A DNA stretch of 64,000 bases, taken from Antedon mediterranea (taxonomy: Eukaryota; Animalia; Echinodermata). Positions 51,201-62,639 of this stretch are shown here, one piece after another. Each line of letters begins with the position of its first letter. The first letter of the stretch is position 1. The notes under the pieces were generated by a model. It was not told where the DNA came from. It made no database searches and saw nothing but the letters and a program-made list of their open reading frames with translations. The position numbers and the translations under genes were made by a program. The DNA is taken from assembly GCF_964355755.1 (NCBI RefSeq), contig NC_092672.1, positions 23,325,237-23,389,236 of the forward strand. The letters are read 5' to 3'.

Positions 51201-52886
51201 AAAATTGATTCTAATAAATTTAGCGGCCTGTTTTAAATCCCAACATGCATCGCGTGCAAATTGATATTCCATATTGTGAGGTGATGATTGGTCACATGAA
51301 AAGGTAAACAAATAAAAGAACCGTAACTTTTCAGCTAAAATACCTGGTCTTGCTTACAAAACTAAGCCCAACTAAGCTAGATCTAGAAACGTCTAGCACT
51401 TTCGAAGCGAGCTACTTAGGGAGTGCATTAATTTTCTCTTCTATATATAAATTTACGTAAGGGCAAAATTCGGTAAATCGCGCCTTACTTTTAGAATTTT
51501 TACTCGATGGTATGTAAAGTTGGTTCGTACTTTCGGTACTGATTTTAACCACCTGATGTAACCCTGTTTACTAATTAAATTACTGTAAGTTAGATAATTA
51601 CTAGTTATTGACGATTAAAACGAATTTAGGTTCAACGATTTGCCCCAGATAGGGGTGTTTTCCGATCGTGGTATACACTGTCTAATGGATGTCCGTCTTG
51701 AAAAATACCCGCCACAAAAATGCGAGGAGGCTTCGCATTTTCCTATCTCCTCCTACGATAATTGTTTTTAATAGCTGAAAACCGGTTGAACAGCTCGAGT
51801 ACAGTATCATAATGTTGAAGACATGCCGATTTTCTTAAAAAAATACTATTTTGATAGATTTAAAATACGTTTATACAAATGTATTGATTTGCGATGAATG
51901 GAACATTCCAATCTCTGTGTCGTTCCACAAGTGTCTATTCCCTCAGGCGTCGTAAAGGAAAGTACTGTATACTCATAACAGAAATTCGATCCATTTTTTT
52001 TTTCAATCTGTGCTGCAGAGGTTGGATATAATTTTTTTTAAACGGATAATGAGCTAGCGTTTTCAGTCGCCGTAATTTAATATTTCTTACCGATTAAATC
52101 GAATTTATGATTTGCCCCGAATAGAGGTGGTTTTCACAAATTGTTTAACATTATAATATAAACATACGTCGTAGTGTATCGTTACATGTACTGTACTATT
52201 TCAATCGACTACGACGGTGATAGTTTCAACAAAGTATTACATCGCAATATTTTACTGTGTTTAGTGGTATATTATTTGTAAAACATGTTAATTAATATTT
52301 CGTTACAAAATAAAGAATATATTTAAAAATTGTTCCTCTTTGCACCCATCTTCTTCCCCATCTCTCAACCATAATGTTACATACAAAACACAAATTAAGT
52401 TTGTTTAAATTTGACTTAAACAATTGGTCTCATTTTGTGACAACTTTCTCTTTCGAAAGTAATTCCCAGTGTGCTAATTTTAGTTGAGTACATAAATCAC
52501 AGTGTCTATTTAATCGTTCCTGTAAACGACATATATTATTGTCCTGCATTATTGTACATTTGAAATCGCCAGTTTTTTAACGCTGAAATTACTGTGTATT
52601 CGTGAACCATCTGTGGGCACGACCTAGATGATATCATCTACCATCTAGTTTATCATAATTAACCATAAAATGCACATTTAATGTTTTTAAAGTTATATAT
52701 TTTTTTACAAAACGGCAACAATTGCAGATCTAGTGTCTTTAACCAATATTAAAACTGATGTTGTAATTTCTTTAATTAAGTCGTAGATTGTATACCTTCC
52801 AAAACTCCTAGGCGTCGGAATCATTTTTTGTTAGGTCGTTTTCTGACTTAGTGTATTAATTATTATTATCAAGCAAAGTAAGAATG

Positions 52887-53377
52887 CAGTGGCACACCCT
52901 CCGCATCTCATTCGTAACGATTCTTACAAAGGACAGCGCTAATCAACCGCCATACCCCTATTGTTTAGCTGACAGTCAGTAAGCATAAATAAAAGTTAGA
53001 TGTTAGTTAGTCACATGTGTTTATTGGAGGGGAAAAGTATGATCGTTTTGCTCATTGGTAGCATGCTACTGTACATATGAGAGTGTCTTTTCCTGCAAAT
53101 TAGAGGTGCCATTTATCATGAATTTTATGTGCGAGAGTACCATTGCCAGCCATCTAGGGCGTCATTTAACGTTTTAAGTTCGCTTCGGCACGTCACAGGT
53201 CCTGTCGACGGCTAACTTGCGCGAAGCGCCCTGTTGTGACGGAAAATTGGGAAAATGTCACCCTTTAGTAGGCTAGTACCCCAACTCATCCCCAACCAAG
53301 GTAGGGCTGAGTTGGTGTGAACTCTTTACAGTTGCGACCTCCCCACCCCCCTTTCACAAAATCCTCGATCCCCCCTG
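52887..53377. mobile_element. Non-autonomous hAT-like element with 5-bp TSD, related to 38724-39785
   Basis: CAG...CTG ends flanked by GAATG on both sides; shares GATCGTTTTGCTCATTGGTAGCATGCT...GAGAGTGTCTTTTCC...GCCATCTAGGG with 39601-39662. Confidence 0.7.
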
Positions 53378-54314
53378 GAATGCATTAATTTATTTATTAA
53401 TAGTAAAAGCCCAAGTTGTTTTCGAAATGCTTATTGGCTGATTCAGCAGCTGGTTATTTAATGTATACGTTAGTTTTACTTTGTTGTTTGTAGGTATAGT
53501 AATCATTTTGACATACTGTATATCATTTATTTCAATGGGTACATACACCACAACTTCATTAACTGTATTAATAGTTCATAGTACACAACTGTATTAATAA
53601 TTCATATGATCATTTTCTTTGGTTTTGCCTGTAAACATTCAGTTGGTTTGGTTTTGTCTTGTCTCTGATTATTAACTACTAATGCCTTGTTTAATAATGG
53701 ATTTATTCAATACCTAATTACATAGAGTAAGAAAATTACTGTTACCATCTTTTCTAATTTTATAATTGCATATACTGTATTTGGTTTTATAGTCAAACCT
53801 GTTTCAAGATCATTATTCATCATGCATACAGATTTACGAAATGTAAAATTGTTTTAATAAAAATGCTAAAGTAATTTTTGTGTATTTCTTGAAACACATA
53901 AAACGGTTATGTTTTTTAAAGAAACCTATGTTGGATCGCATTGTACTTTATTTCCTTGCACCTGTTTTTAACTGTATATGAGACAGTATGCGTTTGTAGT
54001 TCTAATCAACTATATGATAAAACAAGGACAACCTATGGTGTAAATTTTACAGAATATATTGAATTGCCCTGGTTATCAGATAAAAGTGTTATCTTTTGTA
54101 CAACAATTTGCATTCAGGTATTAATATAGAAAAAGCATTATATATTTTAGATTTGTTTGTATTTCAGCATTACCTACTTGTAGAGCTAGAATTAATATAT
54201 TATTAATTGATAGATGAGGCATTGGTTGAGGAAAGTGTTGATAGATGAGACATTTATTTACTCAACATCATGTTCAGTACTTTTAGTCCTAGTACTGTAT
54301 TTATATTGATTATT

Positions 54315-54998
54315 GTCAAAATTAGAGGAAGGGTTGAGTTTAAAGCCACAATCTGCAAATGATCCCAATGATTGTTGCTTCATTCTTTGCCATTGTGGTG
54401 GGCTGTCAAATTAGAGGAAGGGATAGTATTTAGGTTGAGTTTAAAGCCACAATCTACAGATGATCCCAATGATTGCTTCATTCTTTGCCATTGTGATGAG
54501 CTGTCAACATTAGAGGAAGGGATAGTATTTAGGTTGAGTTTAAAGCCACAATCTGCAAATGATCCCAATGATTGCTTCATTCTTTGCCATTGTGATGAGC
54601 TGTCAAATTAGAGGAAGGGATAGTATTTAGGTTGAGTTTAAAGCCACAATCTGCAGATGATCCCAATGATTGCTTCATTCTTTGCCATTGTGATGAGCTG
54701 TCAAATTAGAGGAAGGGATAGTATTTATGTTGAGTTTAAAGCCACAATCTGCAGATGATCCCAATGATTGCTTCATTCTTTGCCATTGTGATGAGCTGTC
54801 AAATTAGAGGAAGGGATAGTATTTAGGTTGAGTTTAAAGCCACAATCTGCAGATGATCCCAATGATTGCTTCATTCTTTGCCATTGTGATGAGCTGTCAA
54901 CATTAGAGGAAGGGAAAGTATTTAGGTTGAGTTTAAAGCCACAATCTGCAAATGATCCCAATGATTGCTTCATTCTTTGCCATTGTGATGAGCTGTCA
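54315..54998. repeat. 98-99-bp minisatellite, ~7 copies
   Basis: Unit TTAGAGGAAGGGATAGTATTTAGGTTGAGTTTAAAGCCACAATCTGCAGATGATCCCAATGATTGCTTCATTCTTTGCCATTGTGATGAGCTGTCAAA. Confidence 0.95.
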
Positions 54999-55214
54999 CA
55001 CACGTTTCTTTTATCATTAAGTATCTACCACTAGTATTCCAATAACTCATAATATTATCATCATGTTTTTATGTCTGTGAAAAGAAGCTGTGTATTTATT
55101 AATGCAGTTTACTTTAATATAATATATTTTTATTTGAATTGAAAAATTGTTTTTTTTATAACTTAAACAAGCATTATACATTGTTTTTGTATTTTCTTTC
55201 AGTTCAGCAATACA

Positions 55215-55996
55215 ATGGATCTCCATGGAAGGCTGGTTAATCTTTGTGCAACAAATGGTCTTGAGGTAGGCAAGTTTACACTGTTTTAGGATAATAGCAT
55301 TTAACCAGCAACAATTATAGCAATGCTATCACATTAACAACTTAATAAATTGTTCTATTAGCTTATGATATGGAAACAAAAGAGAACTAAAACAAGTAAC
55401 TAAATAAATTAAATAGTGACAACAAATTACAGTATTACAATGAACAGAATAATCACTGTAGTGCTTCTATGCTGTTGGCTCATTTGATGTGATTGTTTTG
55501 ATTTAATTATTTGAGTTTGACCAGCATAATACTGTACATCAACACATTAACATACAATACAACATAGAGATGAAAAATGCTGGTCAGGGGCAGCTTAAGA
55601 ACAATACTTTGCTGTAAATCAACAAGTCAGCTACCCCTCATATAAAATTAAATATATAAAAATTAATTTAATACAAATTTTATTAAAATTTTTCTATAAA
55701 AAAATGTCTACAAAATTAATGTAAATACAAAATTTAAGACAAGAAGAAAAAAACTTATTTATTTGGGCAATCTAATATTATTATAATGATAATATTATAA
55801 TATAATGGCTGTAATTTAATACAACAAGGAATGTATGTTATTGTCTATGTTTACTATAGTATATGTATTTTAATGAAAAATGTAACTGAATGCATATTGA
55901 TCTATATGTTTTATTTCATAGATTGCAGGGAAAAAAACTGCTGAAGAAATTTGCCATTTCATTGTTAGCAACAATGCTGTCAACATCAAGAACCAG
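55215..55996 (+). CDS. First two coding exons of a gene continuing beyond the window, possibly an ankyrin-repeat protein
   Basis: Exon 55203-55265 (TTTCAG acceptor, ATG at 55215, MDLHGRLVNLCATNGLE, GAG|GTAGG) and exon 55922-55996 (IAGKKTAEEICHFIVSNNAVNIKNQ, CAG|GTA), both phase 0; VNIKNQ followed by an intron is typical of ankyrin repeat boundaries. Confidence 0.5.
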
Positions 55997-56191
55997 GTAT
56001 ACATCAATTTGTTTTCTTTTGTAATGAATTTGATAATACAACCTTAAATTACTTGACACTAATTAAAGTACATCAATAATTGTTCTCTGGTTGCATATTT
56101 GGAGTTAACATTCACACTCATTGTTAAAAGCATCATACTTTTTTTTTCTCAACATAATTGTTTCATCTCTTAAGCAGTTTTAGTGTTAAAA

Positions 56192-56382
56192 TGTATATTG
56201 TGTGTTTATATCTTTTCTTAGCTGTATGTTAGATGGTTTGTATATTGTGCGTTTATATCTTATCTTAGCTGTATGTTAGATGGTTTGTATATTGTGTGTT
56301 TATATCTTATCTTAGCTGTATGTTAGATGGTTTGTATATTGTGTGTTTATATCTTATCTTAGCTGTATGTTAGATGGTTTGT
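56192..56382. repeat. ~47-bp minisatellite x4
   Basis: TGTATATTGTGTGTTTATATCTTATCTTAGCTGTATGTTAGATGGTT units. Confidence 0.95.
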
Positions 56383-58299
56383 CAATATAATTTAGTACAT
56401 TAGTCTTTCAGTACAATTTGCTTAGACAATTTGATTGGCTAATACCGGATTTGAATAATGGCTTGGTAACTCAATCCCCTGTAATTGTAATTAATTTGAG
56501 AATCTGAACAATGATATAATTATTCATCTGTTGGACAAATAACTAAACAAACTTTTATTAACATAGAGTAGTAGAAATATATACTTTTCATTTATTAAAC
56601 TCATCACTGAAAGAAAAATGCAAGGCACATTATGAGCCATTGTCTGTAAAAATCAAAGATTTGGTGGCAGATGTAAAAAAATGGATTTCTCTCAATTTTT
56701 TACCATGAATAGACATTTCAATAAAAAGCATATCTACAACATTCATTTTAATTTTTAGCCTCCGTTGCCATGACAACGGTCAATTATCCAAATTTTGATG
56801 TTTTTGCCATTTTTCACAGATTTTCTTTAGTGAAAAAGTACAAATTTGTATACTTATTTTAACCAAAAATACTTACAGTATACAGTTTTTGTTTATAGCA
56901 TGGTAAACAACATGTATTGAGTTCCATTTAATGTAGAAAAAAAAATTAATTACAAAATGGAGTTTGGTTGATACCATTATTTTAAAAAGGGGTGTTTTTA
57001 AAAAATATTTTTTTTATAAAAGTATACCTCATAAACGTACCTATAACTTCCAAAGTGGTGTTTTTAAATCAATGAGGTTTTTTAATTTGCTAGTCAATAG
57101 GTTTGTCAACAATAATCACGGAAAAAACACTGGGGTAAATTTCGTACATAGGTTTTGTGTTGCCAGGAAAATACGAAAAATACAAAAAATATAACTAAAT
57201 ATCAACAAACAAAACACATGAAACACAATTTAAATATGGCTAATCCAATAATAAAATGTATATGTGGCTTGTCATAATGCTACTAGAGTCATACGAATAG
57301 TTTAGATAAAATAGGAGAATGTGTTGCCAGGTTTATTTCAATTAACACTTTGACTGCCAAACACGAAGATCTTCGTTTTTGGAAACACAACGCTTGACTG
57401 CCAAAAACGAAGATCTTCGTTTTTCGCGTTTTTTTACGAAATCCGGTAGATAGGTTAATTATTGGTATATACTATAAATATGAACACTATATTCGGTCTG
57501 GACCGTCAATATTTTACAATTTGAAAGTAACTAATCTGGTTACGAACGACTGTCAAAAGGGTACCTGTCGAAATAACAAACACCGCGCATCACAGTAGCG
57601 CGTAGAGCGATGGCTTGGCGCATTGTGTATCGGTCGCGCGCTAGGCTATGCCGCCGAAGCATTACAAAGGTTTTTGTCGATTGACATGTTTGTTTGTTAT
57701 CTGAATAAAAAATAATGGAGTCATTTTCAATATGAAGTCTTTAATTTTATTATTGTATGTATACCCTAATTGTTTTGGTGTTTTACTGAAAGTGACCGAG
57801 TTTCACGCAACAAACTTGTTTTGAAATGGTATGGTTATTATCATCAGTTTACTATCTCCTAGGCCTAGGCTAGTAGTACTAGGCCTAGGCTAGGCTAGCC
57901 TAGCCCTAGTCGTAAAACGGTTCCGGACCAACTTTAGGCCTGGTTAACTAGGCCTGGTGTATTTACTATGTGGATTTTGGCGAAACATTGATGTAAGATT
58001 TATGATTTATAAAATGTAATACATTTTTCGATAGTGATAACTTGTTTTTATAGGCCTATCGGTGCCGTGTAAGTAACTTTTTCGTTGTTTGTTGATCTCA
58101 CCGGGCGATATTTTCATATTGTGATGTCTTGCACAAAATCGCGATTATCTCGACTTTCTTGCGCGAAACTACGAAAAATTCAAAAAGTGGGTTACGTTCA
58201 TTTTACTATTACGATTTACATATTGCGATTTAAAAATCGTTCTTGGTACCATTGTAAAGCTACAATCTTTATGATTATTTTAGTCTAAATTACATATAA

Positions 58300-60977
58300 C
58301 ATTACAAGTAGAGTCACCAGTCAAAATTGCTAAATTATAGCAGGTATCCTGCTATACTTTATTTGCACAAGTAATTAGCATTGTTTACATAATAGATTAA
58401 TCAACTGATAACATGTGTACTACAAGTTTTTTCAGCATATCCTAACTTTTTTCAGAAACATATTTCATCACTTTAAACAAGATAAATGTGTTCAGAAGTA
58501 TTTAAAACATACAAATTTATCTTTGATTTGTAAAAATCCATCAAATATAACGTATTTTGAAACTTAGAAAAGTATTTAATTTCCTTAGAGCCAAGACCTT
58601 AGAACACGAATGCTGTTCTGTCTGTTGTCTTCCCTCCACCTACCAGTGCAATGCTTGCCTGTATGCTTTGAATAGAAAACCGTTCAGGCGAAACGATCGA
58701 CTTCCGGTAAAGTTTAGCAGGCTAACTCTCTCGTGACTACGGAGAGTTTGCGGACGCAAAGCTCCATTTCCTATTCTCCCAATGTAAAGTTTAGCAGGCT
58801 AACTCTCTCGTGACTCTGGAGAGTTTGCGGACGCAAAGCTCCATCCCTATTCTTCCAATGTAAAGTTTAGCAGGCTAACTCTCCTGACTCTGGAGAGTTT
58901 ACAGACGCCAGCGCAAAGCTCCTTTCATAAAGTTTAGATTTGCTGGGGGACATGTGACATATGTATACTGTATTTTATTAATAATTCAGTAGAAGATAAT
59001 TAATAGGAAACTTATATTTTAAAGATGTGACCTATACCAATTCAAAATTACAATAATTACTACGTTTTGTTTTAAATTTAAAATGTGTTTATCGTACACG
59101 ACGTGTGAATATGTTTTTGACCCGGGCTTCCTTGTCCTTTGTGACTAATAATAGAGGCATATTTTCGTATTTTAAAATAAATACGCAATAAAATTCATAT
59201 AAATAAAAATTATATTATATAATATATATTTTATATTATATATTAAAATGTATTTTATCTATTATTAAGTATTTCAAAAAAATAAGCTCAGATGCCGGTG
59301 GTGAGTAAAATATGCGCACTAAAAATAACTTTGGAAAACACCCACCCTAGTTTCAAAACACGATCGCATGTCACGAGGTTAAAATAAAAGATGATGAAAT
59401 TATTTTGTTATCAATCAGGCTTTTTAATTATATTATACTCCCCAAAATTTATTTTCTGCGATTAAAATTATAATTTTAATAAAAATATATTTTCCGTAAA
59501 ATAATCTAATTAATTTAGTATTAGTATAAGACTAACATCAATTCTTTTCAAAACTACACTGTTTTATTTGACATTGCGTGAACCTGAAAATCGCCAACGA
59601 AATGTCAACGATGTTACACCAATACCACACATGGATAAGTAGCCTGCTACCAAGATCGGGCCCAACGCGACAGGCCCCAGTTTTTAGGGCTTTGACTAGT
59701 TCACGCACGATTTTACTGATATAGAAAAGATTATTTAAGTTCAGTTTATTAGTGTTAGATTGATTTTTAGGAGTTTAATTGATTATTTTGCGGTTAAGTC
59801 TAGGGATGGCCTAAGCCTCTTCCTATTTTATTTATGGGCCTGGCTGTCCATCGTCAGTCCTGATTGTTTTAAACAAACATGGTAACAGACCTACTGTACC
59901 TACTGGCCTAGATTTAACAAATCAAAAGACATCTCTTTTTGTTTTACCCTTTCTTTACACCACCAGCACATTTACACATTACTGATATCGTCTATTATAT
60001 CCTGTATAATGGTTTTCACCCATATGCCTATTGTTCTTCAAACTTCTTTTCATAGCAATTAACAATTGGTCTGTAGTTCATTTCCTTTAATGTTTATTGG
60101 ATTCTGTTCTTTGTTCATTATATTGTTTATTAAAAAAATTAGCAGGCACAGAATAATAAAAACACATTCAAGCGAAAATTGTAATTTTATCAGGTGCTTA
60201 ATGAATATTCTGATTAATTTTCAACATGTAAATTGCCCAATTGAAATGCGTTGTTTTGTCAAATAAGTTGACTCCAGTATGTTTCCTTGTACTAATAGGC
60301 CTATAATATTTATTTATTTTACTTACTCTGGATGCACCTTCATTCAAGAAGTGTGCCACTGTTTCAAAAGTCTAGCTTCCAAATAATTATTATATTATAT
60401 GTAAAAAAAGTGGAGTAACGTTTACTTTAGGTAACTAATTATAAAAGGCATTCATTTTAAATGTGTTATAATTATAGCTAATTCTTTATTTTGTTATTTA
60501 CTTTATTAATATATTAGCTTTTTACTATATTAATATTAGCAAGGAGTTATTTAATTACTTATGTGTACACATTGAGAATACCATAGATATATTATATTGA
60601 AAATATCTCTATGAGAATCCCTACCAACTGTACTATCTTCAGACTAGCCAGCAAGTTTGGAATAGCCAACATGCATTTGAGCAGTGGGGTGTGTGTAATA
60701 ATTAGAATAGCCACAAGGATATCTCAGAAAAATTAGATATTTTATCATAACTTTTGAACTACTGGACAGATTTTTTTGCAAAAAAATCTATAATAATTCT
60801 TCAAAAAATGCAAGTCTATAGCAATCAACTTAATAACGAAAAAGTTATTGTGAATATTACTGAAATTGTGTTCAGGCAGAATGAGTTTATATCACACTTC
60901 CTGTTCACCAAGATAAATTAATCAGATACGATTTTAATCCTTTTTTTCCACTTTGACTGGTGACTCTACTTGTAATG
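58300..60977. mobile_element. Nested non-autonomous TIR element (2.7 kb)
   Basis: Perfect 26-bp TIR CATTACAAGTAGAGTCACCAGTCAAA / TTTGACTGGTGACTCTACTTGTAATG; flanked by AA on both sides. Confidence 0.85.
58707..58936. repeat. ~77-bp tandem repeat x3
   Basis: GTAAAGTTTAGCAGGCTAACTCTCTCGTGACT...GGACGCAAAGCTCC units. Confidence 0.9.
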
Positions 60978-62108
60978 AATCAGATCACATACATGGTTTC
61001 AATCAGCTTTAATAAAAACATCGAATTGGGCTAAAAACGCTGGCGGTGGCAGTTTCTAACTGGAAAAACCTCTGGCAGTCAAAGTGTTAATTGCCAGAAA
61101 AACAGTATTTTGCATTGAAATATTTAGTTGATGGAAAATAATGTTAAACTTGGAAATAATTGCGTCAATGGTTTTTATAAATTTTTAAATCTATTTTGTG
61201 TAAAGAGATACAGAAAGACCTCCCAAAAAATCTGACCTTGTAAATAGGTCATTTGAGGTCAAAAGGGGTCAGAATGCAAAACAGGACAGGTCCCCAGTTT
61301 ACTACAACTATTCATGTTTGATCAACATTTACAAGTAGTTCATAACAATTATCAACAATTTTCATATTTTACCTATAGTGTTACCTTAGCAACCATTTCT
61401 ATGTGTAACTAAGGAAAGTAATTTAAAAAAAACGTAAAAAATGGCGTTTTTATTAATACAAAGAATTGATTGCATTTGTAATTTTTCTCAATTTTACTTC
61501 TACTGCATTCCATTAATGACAAACTTGACCTTGTAAATTCATTCATTTTGAGGTCAACATTTTACCATAGTAACTGTTTCTAAAATTTCAAAAAAATAAG
61601 GGGTTTTTCATAAATACAAAACATTTTTTCTACATAGTTTTACATTTCTACTTTTTGCCAAATTTACTTTAAATACTGAATCCTAATAATCTCAGAAAGA
61701 AAGTCTTGACGAATCTGAATAAAGGTAAAAAAAATGACCTTTAGTGTTATCTTAAACCTGTTTACGTAACAAATGATATTTAAAAAAAAAATTAAATATG
61801 GAGTTTCATGAAAAAAAAAATTTACATATTGAGATCAAATGACATCAACATTTTACCTATAGTGTATTGTAGCAACTGTTTCTATACGTAACTAAGTACA
61901 ATTTTTTTAATATGGGGTTTCATGACTACAAACAATTGATTACATAGCTTTACTACCTTTTCCCAAATTTACTTATCTACTGAATCCCAGAAAATGTCTG
62001 ACCTTGGGAAAGGGTAATTTGTTGGGTCAAGTTATGTCAAAATGTATTATTTATGTTATCTTAGAACCTGTTTCTATGCGTAACTAAGGATAATTGTTTT
62101 TTTAAATA

Positions 62109-62639
62109 CAGTTGAACCTCCCGTAAGTGGCCACCCTCGGGACCTGGAAAAGTGGCCGCTTACGGGCGGTGACCCCTTACGGGAGGTTCTGCCGATAAAG
62201 GGCCAAAATCACTTATTATGGCTATATACGCTATTCTTAACGAAACGAGCCTCTCAATTTTCCAGCTAATTGTAGGCCTATTATTATTTATAATCAGGTG
62301 GTTTAGTATTTTTTAGCATTTTCAGACAAATTTTAAAAACTTTTATCATATGAAAAATGGTCGGTCAAAATCTGTGTAGTTTTCTCATCTCTTCACAGTA
62401 ATGTTTTTAAAACCTCTTCAAAATAAAGCTAATATATAAAGAAATACAATAAACATGCACCTCTAATTCATAGATCCATGCAATAAGTATCACATTTTTC
62501 GATTGGCCGCATACAAAAAATCTCATTTTTAGTATAAAAAGGTGCCCGCAGCTGCTTACGGTAAGCACCAAATGCACTAATTAGATAGGAAGAACAAACA
62601 GGCTTTTCAAAGTGGGTCCGTCAAGGGAGGTGGTCGCTG
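62109..62639. mobile_element. pogo/Tigger-like MITE (right end eroded)
   Basis: TA|CAGTTGAACCTCCCGTAAG start, internal palindromic CTTACGGGAGGTTC, ends GGTGGTCGCTG|TA. Confidence 0.7.

Larger units (their letters stand above)
57346..61086. mobile_element. Non-autonomous piggyBac-like element (3.7 kb)
   Basis: Perfect 14-bp TIR CACTTTGACTGCCA / TGGCAGTCAAAGTG with TTAA on both sides; no transposase ORF. Confidence 0.9.

Noticed and set aside
54372-55034. Repeated Cys/His-containing ORFs
   Set aside because: Unit length alternates 98/99 bp, so frame is not maintained; no splice context.
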